A stretch of 64,000 nt of DNA, taken from IMG/VR virus record IMGVR_UViG_3300024255_001563, positions 1 through 64,000 of that record. One strand, given 5' to 3'. This document shows, piece by piece, positions 55,071 to 63,762 of this stretch (within the stretch, counting starts at the first letter, position 1; every line of letters begins with the position of its first letter). Below the pieces are notes generated by a model. The model was not told the DNA's origin. It searched no databases and saw only the letters and a list, made by a program, of their open reading frames with translations. A program made the translations under genes and the position numbers. Source of the stretch: a virus. Lineage: Duplodnaviria > Caudoviricetes.

Positions 55071-56548
55071 AAAATTTAGTGATCGCAGGCGGCGGCTCTG
55101 CGGGCTGGTTAACAGCACTTTTTGTAAAACAACTTTTTCCAGATCATAATGTAACGTTAGTACAAAGTAGCGAAATAGGAACTATCGGCGTCGGTGAAGC
55201 AACTACTCCTCATCTACCAAATTTTCTTGATAGTTTAAAAATACATCCTGTAGATATAATACCGCATATTAAAGGCAGTATAAAAAATGGTATCAGTTTT
55301 GAGAATTGGAATGGCGATAATAAAAAATATATGCATGCATTTCATGATAAAATTATAGATTTTCAAATTCCTAATATATTTGATCGTAACTGTACTGATT
55401 ATCATCATAGAGAAATAATTTCAAAAAAATTATCTATGAAAGAATATCTTTATCAACAAAAAATAGCATATGAAAATAAAGTAGATATCGAAAATGTAAA
55501 TTGGGCATTGCACTTTGATGCAAAAGAGTTTGCTAATTATTTGCAAAAAATAGCAATAGATAGAAATATAAAATTAATAGATGATGAAATAGTAGGGTTT
55601 GAAAATGATGAAAAAAACTTTATTACAAAAGTAATACTAAAAAATAATAGAAGTGTAAGCTGTGATTTTATATTCGATTGTACTGGATTTAGAAGAGAAA
55701 TAATAGGAAAGTTTTACAAAGAAAAATGGAAGAGTTATAGATCTTACATGCCTATGAAAAAAGGCATTCCATTTTGGCTAGAATCAAAAGAAAGTTTGCC
55801 ATCATATACTTCTAGTATTGCATTGAAAAATGGATGGAGTTGGCAAATACCGCTGCCTCATAGAACTGGTAGTGGTTATATTTTTGATTCTGATTACATA
55901 AGTGTAGACGAAGCACTAAATGAAGCAGAAGAATTCTATAAACAAAAACTGGAAGTAAGAAAAGTAATAGATTTTGATCCTGGAAGATTTGAAAATCTTT
56001 GGATTAAAAACTGCATTGCTGTTGGATTATCAGGCAGTTTTTTAGAACCTTTAGAATCAACCTCTATTTGGCAAACTATTGATCAATTAGAAACGTTAAA
56101 ACATTTCTTAAACGTCCTTACAAAAGACGAAAATGATTCAAGAAGTTTGTATAATGAAATGATGAATAACAGTATTGATCATAAAAGTTATTTTATATAT
56201 CTTCATTATTACACGAAAAGATCAGATAGTGATTTTTGGAAAGAATTTAAAGAAAAAAATCCTATGCCAGAAGAACTAAAAAATCTTTATAATTCTCTAA
56301 AAGATGGAAGCTTTAGATATTTCGATATGTTAAATCACAAAACTCCAGGAACATTTGCAGTATCAAGTTTTACACAAGTAGGATACGGGCTTAATATGAT
56401 TGACAATCTAGATAATTCAGTATATAATAAAATTCAACCTTCTGTAGAAGAATATAAAAATATAATTAATTATCATAATGATATGATTGCGATAGACCAT
56501 AGACATTTTTTAGAAAGACAATATGAAAATATTAGGAATAAATTTTAA
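55067..56548 (+). CDS. Flavin-dependent (tryptophan-halogenase-like) enzyme 2
   Basis: IAGGGSAGW, IGVGEAT, SIKNGISF, HFDA, FDCTGF, GWSWQIP, FLEPLESTSI. Confidence 0.9.
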   Translation: MKNLVIAGGGSAGWLTALFVKQLFPDHNVTLVQSSEIGTIGVGEATTPHLPNFLDSLKIHPVDIIPHIKGSIKNGISFENWNGDNKKYMHAFHDKIIDFQIPNIFDRNCTDYHHREIISKKLSMKEYLYQQKIAYENKVDIENVNWALHFDAKEFANYLQKIAIDRNIKLIDDEIVGFENDEKNFITKVILKNNRSVSCDFIFDCTGFRREIIGKFYKEKWKSYRSYMPMKKGIPFWLESKESLPSYTSSIALKNGWSWQIPLPHRTGSGYIFDSDYISVDEALNEAEEFYKQKLEVRKVIDFDPGRFENLWIKNCIAVGLSGSFLEPLESTSIWQTIDQLETLKHFLNVLTKDENDSRSLYNEMMNNSIDHKSYFIYLHYYTKRSDSDFWKEFKEKNPMPEELKNLYNSLKDGSFRYFDMLNHKTPGTFAVSSFTQVGYGLNMIDNLDNSVYNKIQPSVEEYKNIINYHNDMIAIDHRHFLERQYENIRNKF

Positions 56549-58235
56549 TTCACATTGTTCTGCTTGTCTAATAGTAGATAATGAATTAATATATTTTAAT
56601 CAAGAAGAAAGACTATCTAGATTAAAAAACGATAGCGGTATTCCTTATCTTTGTCTAGAAGAAATAAAAAAAATAGAAACAAAAATAGATTTATTACTTG
56701 TAACAGGTTATAATTATAATATTAATAATGGTTTTTATTTGTTAAACTTTCTTAATAAAAGCGGTTTTAATATAGAAGGGTGGTACGGTTATTATAAATC
56801 ACACCATTTAGTTCATGCTGCAAAGGCTGTAAACGATAGCGGATTCGATGATGCTCTTGTGTTTGTACAAGATGGAAAAGGATCATCGTATATGCTATCA
56901 AACGGTTATGAAAGTATAGAAACTACTAGTATATTTGAGTATTCAAAAGATAAAGGCTTTTCTTGTGTTTATAAAAATTTGTTTTCTCACTATCATACAG
57001 CAAGAAATTTAGAAGTTGGAACAGATATATTTCCTATTATAGATCACGAATATGAAAAGGCTTATGCGTTTCCAACAGATCGCCTGTATGAAGATACAAA
57101 ATTTAACATTTCTAATCACTTCGATTTAGGATTATTATATACTATAACAGGACAGTGTTGCGGATTTACTGATGATGGCGGCAAATTAATGGGACTTCAA
57201 AGTTACGGAACTAACGACAGCGAATTACCAGATGTACTCTTTGATGATTATAAAATTAACATGGACAGTTTTATACTAGATCAGTCTAATATATATAATA
57301 ACGAATTTAACTATAAAAAATATCCATATCTAGCAATAGAACAAAAGAAGAAAAACTTTGCCTATAAAGTACAAAAATCTTTTGAAGAGAAACAACATAA
57401 TTTAATATCAAAATATCTAAAGGAAACAGGAAAAAAGAATTTAGTAATGTCTGGAGGAACTGCATTAAATGTAGTAGGAAATGGTAAACTGTTATCTAAA
57501 TTAGACTCTGATATTAATATTTTTATTGAACCTGTATGCGGCGATGAAGGTAATAGTATAGGAATTTGCAATCTGTATCTATTAGAAGACAACATAAAGA
57601 CATCTTTCAGTATTTACAATTGTGGGACAGATCCCGAATACAATTATAATTTACTTGATTTTGAATCTGAAAAAAAAGTTACTGATCAAGATATTGCTGA
57701 ACTTATTGCCAAAGGCGCAATTGTATCGTATTTCCACGGAAAGGGAGAAGCTGGTCCTAGAGCATTAGGAAATAGAAGTTTATTATTTAATCCTAGTATA
57801 ATAGATGGTAAAGATATAGTTAATCAAGTAAAAGGAAGAGAAAGCTTTAGACCGTTTGCATGTAGTATACTTGAAGAACATGCAAAAAACTGGTTTGACT
57901 TTAAAGGTCAAAATTCTTCCCCTTATATGATGTTTGCCCTTGAGTGCAATAAAGATGTAGAAAAAATAATTCCTAGTGTAATACACGTTGATGGAACTTG
58001 TAGAGTACAAACTGTAAATATAGAACAAAATAAAAATTATTATAATTTAATTAACGAGTTTTATAAAATTACAAATATTCCTTTACTTTTTAATACATCA
58101 TTTAATCTAGCAGGCGATCCTATTGTGCATACAGTACAAGACGCATTAGAATCTATAAGAAATAGTAAAATAGAATATTTATATCTACCCGAAATTAACA
58201 CCTTAATACATAGTGAGAACCTTTATGAAAACTAA
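56523..58235 (+). CDS. O-carbamoyltransferase (NodU/CmcH family), copy 2
   Basis: QEERLSRLKND, HHLVHA, GKLMGL..YG, SGGTALN, GDEGNSIG, RALGNRSL, FRPFA, HVDGTCRVQTV, NTSFN. Confidence 0.92.
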   Translation: MKILGINFNSHCSACLIVDNELIYFNQEERLSRLKNDSGIPYLCLEEIKKIETKIDLLLVTGYNYNINNGFYLLNFLNKSGFNIEGWYGYYKSHHLVHAAKAVNDSGFDDALVFVQDGKGSSYMLSNGYESIETTSIFEYSKDKGFSCVYKNLFSHYHTARNLEVGTDIFPIIDHEYEKAYAFPTDRLYEDTKFNISNHFDLGLLYTITGQCCGFTDDGGKLMGLQSYGTNDSELPDVLFDDYKINMDSFILDQSNIYNNEFNYKKYPYLAIEQKKKNFAYKVQKSFEEKQHNLISKYLKETGKKNLVMSGGTALNVVGNGKLLSKLDSDINIFIEPVCGDEGNSIGICNLYLLEDNIKTSFSIYNCGTDPEYNYNLLDFESEKKVTDQDIAELIAKGAIVSYFHGKGEAGPRALGNRSLLFNPSIIDGKDIVNQVKGRESFRPFACSILEEHAKNWFDFKGQNSSPYMMFALECNKDVEKIIPSVIHVDGTCRVQTVNIEQNKNYYNLINEFYKITNIPLLFNTSFNLAGDPIVHTVQDALESIRNSKIEYLYLPEINTLIHSENLYEN

Positions 58236-58842
58236 TTATATTATAATTGACGATTTTTACGATAATCCCTGGGAAATAAGACAACGTGCTTTAGAATTAG
58301 AATATAAAAAACTAGAAGGTTCTACATATCCTGGTTTAAATTCTTTAGGATTTTTATACAATGATGAAATGCATAAAAATATTGAAGGCATCTTAAATAC
58401 AAAATTAGAAAATCCAAGAGACATGCAAGCTGGATATTTTCGTATTTCTCACGAAGATGCAGATGCTGCACAAGATATACATATAGATCCCGACTTTGAC
58501 TATGGAGGTGTATTGTTTTTAAATCCGCCTAATCAATGTACAAACGATGCTGGTACTAGTTTTTATACACACAAAATATTAGGAATCGACAAAGGTCCAA
58601 AAAATTTAGAAGAAGTTAAACAACTAGGATTTCCAGGTTATGAAAATTTTGTAAACGAAATGATTTATGGCGATTGTCTTGATAGGTCAAAATGGGAACG
58701 ATATTGCAGAATACCTTACAAATTTAATAGACTGGTATTATTTGATAGCCATTTATGGCATAGTCATGGAGTTAATTTTGGAAATAATTTACAAAATTCT
58801 AGATTAGTACAATTATTTTTTTATAAAAGGTTAAAAAAGTAA
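58225..58842 (+). CDS. 2OG-Fe(II) oxygenase-like (DUF6445-like)
   Basis: IIDDFYDNP..IR..AL, YPG, IHID, GGVLFL, YKFNRLVLFDSHLWH, RLVQLFF. Confidence 0.8.
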   Translation: MKTNYIIIDDFYDNPWEIRQRALELEYKKLEGSTYPGLNSLGFLYNDEMHKNIEGILNTKLENPRDMQAGYFRISHEDADAAQDIHIDPDFDYGGVLFLNPPNQCTNDAGTSFYTHKILGIDKGPKNLEEVKQLGFPGYENFVNEMIYGDCLDRSKWERYCRIPYKFNRLVLFDSHLWHSHGVNFGNNLQNSRLVQLFFYKRLKK

Positions 58843-58843
58843 A

Positions 58844-59410
58844 TTAGTATACCCATGAAACATAACTATATCTAGTTCCTTTTGTTACTGGTTCTACTTT
58901 GTGAGGATACATAAAGTTACTAGGAAAAATTAAAACGGCGCCTGGAGGAATATCTATTACCGTATCCCACATAACAAACTCGCCACCTTCGTAATCATTA
59001 TTTAACCCGCCTACTATACTTAAAATTGGTATTCCGTTTATACCAGGCCCAAAAAGATCATGTATATGATCACAATGTAACTTCATTTTTTTCTTTTCAC
59101 TATACCGATTAAATCTTAACGGACTGTATCCACGCCACCCTGCAAACCATTTATGATCTAAATCATTAATAATATAATTTTCTAAGGCTTTGTAAAGATT
59201 ATCTTGTATTGTTTGTTTTTCTTTTATATCACTCCAAGACATTTGTAAATCATCTACAAACGTAACTCTTTCTTGTGTTGTATTATTATTAAAATAATGA
59301 TCTTCCCATAGCTCATCATTTTTCAAACTTTTTACTGTATTATTACAAGTATCTTCATCAATAATATTTTCATAAACTTTTATATATTTGTCAATTGTAT
59401 TGTTAATCAT
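58844..59410 (-). CDS. Prolyl-4-hydroxylase-like 2OG-Fe(II) oxygenase
   Basis: FNRY...MKLHCD, LNNDYEGGEF, LIFPSNFMYPHKVEPVTKGTRYS. Confidence 0.88.
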   Translation of the reverse strand: MINNTIDKYIKVYENIIDEDTCNNTVKSLKNDELWEDHYFNNNTTQERVTFVDDLQMSWSDIKEKQTIQDNLYKALENYIINDLDHKWFAGWRGYSPLRFNRYSEKKKMKLHCDHIHDLFGPGINGIPILSIVGGLNNDYEGGEFVMWDTVIDIPPGAVLIFPSNFMYPHKVEPVTKGTRYSYVSWVY

Positions 59411-60024
59411 ACGTTTAGCTCCGATAAAAAGAATTCGCTTCCGATTGAACCTTTTATAAATGTATTAAATGATAAACTCATTCTAGATTCCCTTTCTTGA
59501 TCTTCTTGCACAATATCTACATAATGTAAAAGACTGCTCGGAAATAATACTAACATTCCTGTGCTTACAGGATAATACCAGGTGCTAGCATTATGAATAT
59601 TATAAGTAACAGGTTCAATTTCTAGAGGATTAAAAATGCCTTTATCAAACCATATACTATCTGTATTTGGATTTGCACTAATATAATATACTCCACTTAC
59701 GAGACTGTTGGTATGAGCATGTTTATGATGCATTTCTCCTGGAAAAGTTTTATTACACCACGACTGTGTTATATGTAAAGATACCTGGTTATTAGGTTGA
59801 TAAACTTCCTTAAAATAAAACTGAACATGCTTGTCAATTTCATTACGCAAAGTAGAAAGTTCTTTTCTTTCTAGAAGGTATGAATCTACTGATCTATGAT
59901 TAAACTTATTTTGTTGAAAATCTTGAGATTTTATAAAATTAAATTCGTCTTGATGTGGTATGTAGTCTAACCCTGTTGTATAAACAGGTGTTGGAAATAA
60001 ATTATGTATGTTTGTATCTGCCAT
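59407..60024 (-). CDS. 2OG-Fe(II) oxygenase (TIGR02466-like, HxH)
   Basis: LFPTPVY, TQSWCN...GEMHHKHAH.NS.VSGVYY, LFPSSLLH.V, RMSLSFN. Confidence 0.88.
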   Translation of the reverse strand: MADTNIHNLFPTPVYTTGLDYIPHQDEFNFIKSQDFQQNKFNHRSVDSYLLERKELSTLRNEIDKHVQFYFKEVYQPNNQVSLHITQSWCNKTFPGEMHHKHAHTNSLVSGVYYISANPNTDSIWFDKGIFNPLEIEPVTYNIHNASTWYYPVSTGMLVLFPSSLLHYVDIVQEDQERESRMSLSFNTFIKGSIGSEFFLSELNV

Positions 60025-60063
60025 AAAATTATTTAGTTATATATGTATATTATAAATACTTTT

Positions 60064-60576
60064 ATGAATGTAATTGATAATTTTTTAGACAAAAAAGAAT
60101 TCCAACAAATACAAGATATTTGTTTAGGGGCAAACTTTCCGTGGTTCTGTAATAGTAATATTGTTCGTCCTGAAAATAAAGATGAATTTCTTAATTTTTA
60201 TAATTATCAATTTACGCACACTTTATATCGAGATTATTCCCCTTGTAGTAACTATTTCAATGATATTTGCGATCCTTTATTTTTCAAGATTAATCCTGCA
60301 TCAATTATGAGAGTAAAAGCAAATCTTATACCGAGAGCAGATAAAAATGTAATACACGAGTATCATGAAGACATTACAAATTTTAAAGGAAAGACTGCTA
60401 TCTACTATGTAAACACTAATGATGGTAAGACATATTTTAAAGACCATCAATCTGTCGAGGCTGTAGAAAATAGATTAGTAATATTTGATAGTAATCTATT
60501 ACATACAGGCAGTACGTGTACAGATCAGCGCACTCGAGTTGTTTTAAATTTAAATTATTTCGAATGGAATAATTAA
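60064..60576 (+). CDS. 2OG-Fe(II) oxygenase-like protein
   Basis: VIDNFL, RVKANL, YHED, AIYYVNTNDG.T.F, NRLVIFD..LLHTG, RVVLNLN; start MNVID at 60064. Confidence 0.8.
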   Translation: MNVIDNFLDKKEFQQIQDICLGANFPWFCNSNIVRPENKDEFLNFYNYQFTHTLYRDYSPCSNYFNDICDPLFFKINPASIMRVKANLIPRADKNVIHEYHEDITNFKGKTAIYYVNTNDGKTYFKDHQSVEAVENRLVIFDSNLLHTGSTCTDQRTRVVLNLNYFEWNN

Positions 60577-61224
60577 TTAAACAAATCTAGGTCCTCTTAC
60601 CCAAATAACTATTGATTTTCGAACACCTTTTGTTACAGGTGCAACTCTATGCATTACAAAAGACGGAAATAAGATACATTGTCCTTTTGCACAAGGTACT
60701 ATGTCATTCTTTGGATCTGAAGTTCTTCCCATCATAAACTCGCCACCTTCAAAATCGACACCGGGTTCGTTTAATAATAATGTTAATGATAATTTACGTT
60801 GATGAGGATCTAGTTGCTGTTGACCTGTTTCTAAATCAATATGCCAGTCATATGTGCCGTTATCTTCAGCATGATATTCTGTATATTGAAATGCTTCGTA
60901 TCCATTTAAATCAAAGTTATAAAAATCTTCATTTACAGCTTCGATTATACTATTTAATCTTTGGAATATAAAATTATTATCTTCGTTCGGAAACTGCCAT
61001 CCAAGTTTAGATCTTCTAACGTCTTCTAATTTTCTTCCGTCCTGTTTAGCTGGATCATTATCTCTGTTTCCAACTTTTCCATCTTCAAGCTTTTGTGATG
61101 ACATTAATACTTGAATTTTTTCTAATTCTTCGTTAGAAAAAGACTCCATCCAATAACAGTACGGAGAAAAATATTGTGATCGTTGTATGGGGTTGTTTAT
61201 TAGTCTTTTAAATCTGCCAGACAT
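60577..61224 (-). CDS. PKHD-type 2OG-Fe(II) hydroxylase
   Basis: RRSK, QYTEY...YDWHID, RKLSLTLLL, FEGGEF, FPSFVMHRVAPVTKGVRKS.V.W..GP. Confidence 0.9.
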   Translation of the reverse strand: MSGRFKRLINNPIQRSQYFSPYCYWMESFSNEELEKIQVLMSSQKLEDGKVGNRDNDPAKQDGRKLEDVRRSKLGWQFPNEDNNFIFQRLNSIIEAVNEDFYNFDLNGYEAFQYTEYHAEDNGTYDWHIDLETGQQQLDPHQRKLSLTLLLNEPGVDFEGGEFMMGRTSDPKNDIVPCAKGQCILFPSFVMHRVAPVTKGVRKSIVIWVRGPRFV

Positions 61225-61310
61225 CCTCTAAATCCTTTTTTTTAATACTAGTAGTAATTATCGTTTTATACTTACATGTATTATTAAACTGGATTTAGAG
61301 GACTAGATTT

Positions 61311-61871
61311 TTATAGTTCAGCTTGACCTTCAGGATCAGCTAAAGGTGTAAATGCTTGCCATTCGCCTGTACTATCATTCCATGCAAACTTTTCATCTCC
61401 TGATTCAGCTGATGCCGGCACAGGTTGTGTAATATCTGTTTGAACTGCATGCGGAGTTATAATACTATCGTGGCTTACCCAGTTAGTAGATATTTCGTCC
61501 CATAAATGATCGTTGCCATCTGTAGGATATGCTACAGGAGGAACATGCACACCGAGAGCATCATCAAACACCCACGAAGGAAACCCGCCATCGGCTCTCC
61601 AGTTAGCTTTTAAAGTATTCTTTTTATCTACTACTTCAGCATCTGTCATTTCTCTTAGAACCCAGTCATCTGATGCACTAGTACGATCAGCACTTACACT
61701 ATAAGCATGATCGTTGGTTTGATACACTCCTTCAACTGGTCTTTCAGTTCTAGTAAAAGGAACAAATGTTTTACCTTCTTTAAAGCTATCTGGTGCCGCA
61801 TCTAAGTTACTTTTTTCTATAGGATGATTTACAGCATTACCGTGTTCGTCTATTTCAATATATAATTCCAT
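61311..61871 (-). CDS. Tail-associated hypothetical protein
   Basis: GFPSWVFDD...PPVAYPTDG..WDE pattern typical of fibre-accessory proteins; downstream of the fibre genes. Confidence 0.6.
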   Translation of the reverse strand: MELYIEIDEHGNAVNHPIEKSNLDAAPDSFKEGKTFVPFTRTERPVEGVYQTNDHAYSVSADRTSASDDWVLREMTDAEVVDKKNTLKANWRADGGFPSWVFDDALGVHVPPVAYPTDGNDHLWDEISTNWVSHDSIITPHAVQTDITQPVPASAESGDEKFAWNDSTGEWQAFTPLADPEGQAEL

Positions 61872-61883
61872 TATTATCTCCTA

Positions 61884-62885
61884 TTATTGATCGTTGGTGT
61901 TAGTGCCGGGCCATGATCTTGGGATTGTAGTTCCCCAAATGATTCTTACTACGCCTCGACCACCGTCGCCTGAACTAGAAGGCCAACTTGTACCTGGGCC
62001 GCCACCGCCGCCTCCGTACGCACCACCTCGTATATTATTTGAACTTTCGCCAGTTCCGCTCCATGGATTTTGTCCATAGTAGCCTCTCTCGCCACTGGAG
62101 CCTCCTAATCCACCGCCACCTTGTGGCGAACCTGATGTTGACCATGGAGTATACTGACCGTTACCGTTAGGTCCTTGTCCGTATATACCAGTGCCGCCTC
62201 CGGCGCCTGTACCGAATGTTGATGAGTAATTTCTGCCGCCAGCAGCTCCTCCAGAATATGGGTGCGGATATTCATTTACGTTGCCGCCACGTCCTGTGTA
62301 GCCGCCTGCGCCGCCTCCGCCAGTCCAATCAGTTGAATTGCCGCCTCCGCCGCCGCCGTCGCCGTTATATCCTCCACCGCGTCCGTTATTTCTCGGGCCG
62401 CCTGTTTGACCTTGTGCAGATCCGCCGCCATAGCCGCAAACAGTATTAGTACTTTGGAAATAGCTGTTGCCGCCATTTTGACCATTGCCGCCGCCGTAGC
62501 CAACAACAACTGTATAACTTCCGCCTGGTGTTACAGGTATAGTATTTTTCCAACCTAAACCTGCGCCAGCGCCGCCTGGGTTAGCCCAACTATTCTGGCC
62601 TCCGCCGCCGCCGCCGATAGCAAGCACGTTTACTTCGTAAACTTGTGAAGGTGCAACCCATGTATACGAACCTGGGTTCGTATAGTTTTGTTGTCCTGGT
62701 GGAATGGGTGGATTTGTCAGCGGTAGCGGTAGCCATTCACTGCCGTCATAACCTTCAAAATTGCCATCGCTTGTATTCCATCTCATCATGCCGGCGCTTG
62801 CTCCGCCTGGGCGTTGACCTGTTGTACCAGAAGCAACTTTTAAATATCCGGTGTCATTTATTGTCGTATTCTTTAAACTAGCCAT
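61884..62885 (-). CDS. Glycine-rich tail fibre/receptor-binding protein
   Basis: N-terminal fibre module (GTTGQRP..AGMMRWNT...FEGYDG..W), then many GGGG/GAGG repeats ending GGRGVVRIIW. Confidence 0.82.
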   Translation of the reverse strand: MASLKNTTINDTGYLKVASGTTGQRPGGASAGMMRWNTSDGNFEGYDGSEWLPLPLTNPPIPPGQQNYTNPGSYTWVAPSQVYEVNVLAIGGGGGGQNSWANPGGAGAGLGWKNTIPVTPGGSYTVVVGYGGGNGQNGGNSYFQSTNTVCGYGGGSAQGQTGGPRNNGRGGGYNGDGGGGGGNSTDWTGGGGAGGYTGRGGNVNEYPHPYSGGAAGGRNYSSTFGTGAGGGTGIYGQGPNGNGQYTPWSTSGSPQGGGGLGGSSGERGYYGQNPWSGTGESSNNIRGGAYGGGGGGPGTSWPSSSGDGGRGVVRIIWGTTIPRSWPGTNTNDQ

Positions 62886-62886
62886 A

Positions 62887-63750
62887 TTAATTTCTTCCTT
62901 TTAATGTTTCAACTTCAGCAGTAAGTTCTTTTACTGCTTCGATAAGATATGCAGTCAATTTAGTATATGTAATCCCATCTGCGGTTTTATCATCGTTGTA
63001 TTTAACCACATTAGGAAGTATTTTAGCTACTTCTTCCGCAATCAAGCCAGGTTCTTCTGTTGCACTGCCGTCTAATCTATCGTATGTTACACCTACTAAT
63101 CTCTTAATTGAGTTTAGAGCGCCTTCGATAGGTCTTACATTTTCTTTATACGTTATACTTGATGTTTCAGTAATACTTGTAAATCGTCCTGAACTTGGAG
63201 TTGATGATCCAACTGTAGTACCGTCAATTGCTCCGCCATTGATATCAACACTAGAACTTAATAAATTACCGCTAAATCTTGTTGCACTAATTGTGCCGTT
63301 ACTTGGCGTAAAACTAAATTTACTATTACTGGTTGTAACTGCTGTAATAATTCCGCTTGTTGATGTAATTAAAGTTGGGTAATAAGTAGTTCCACTTGTT
63401 GTGTTATTACTTACTGATACGTTAGCAGCAGCCCAACTTAATGTTCCGCTACCGTTTGTTTTTAAAAAATATCCGTCAGTGACGCCGCTTGCAGGTAGTG
63501 TATAAGTTATATTCGAACCAACTGTTCCAGGTACAGCAAGTGCAACATAATTTGAACTATCTGAATCTGTTAGTCTTAGTTGACTGTTTGATTGTAACGA
63601 AACATGTGCATTAGATCGAACATCACCTGTACCATTTGGTTCGAAAATAATATCATCGTTTGGCTCGATGGTTTGTAGTCTATTATTTTGAGCCGTAAAT
63701 GTACCTAAAACCGGTCCACCTTGGATACTTGTACTAATTCTTCTTGGCAT
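62887..63750 (-). CDS. Tail fibre protein with a C-terminal intramolecular chaperone (peptidase S74) domain
   Basis: SSITYKENV....AL..I..L.GV.Y...GLIAEEV...P..V...Y..L.A.LIEAVKEL. Confidence 0.85.
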   Translation of the reverse strand: MPRRISTSIQGGPVLGTFTAQNNRLQTIEPNDDIIFEPNGTGDVRSNAHVSLQSNSQLRLTDSDSSNYVALAVPGTVGSNITYTLPASGVTDGYFLKTNGSGTLSWAAANVSVSNNTTSGTTYYPTLITSTSGIITAVTTSNSKFSFTPSNGTISATRFSGNLLSSSVDINGGAIDGTTVGSSTPSSGRFTSITETSSITYKENVRPIEGALNSIKRLVGVTYDRLDGSATEEPGLIAEEVAKILPNVVKYNDDKTADGITYTKLTAYLIEAVKELTAEVETLKGRN

Positions 63751-63762
63751 ATTATTTTCCTT

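Noticed and set aside
61884-62700. GCC/CCG-rich repeats suggesting a tandem repeat or CRISPR-like array
   Set aside because: They are poly-Gly codons of the tail fibre; there are no constant repeat-spacer units.
1010-63382. Numerous short antisense or nested ORFs in the track (e.g. 2127..2477, 3019..3414, 12139..12588, 26214..26588, 27481..27858, 29181..29561, 29706..30098, 62996..63382)
   Set aside because: Each lies wholly within or opposite a well-supported gene, with no motifs or expression signals.
61884-63750. Possible diversity-generating retroelement target in the fibres
   Set aside because: No reverse transcriptase and no TR/VR pair differing at adenines was seen in the window.
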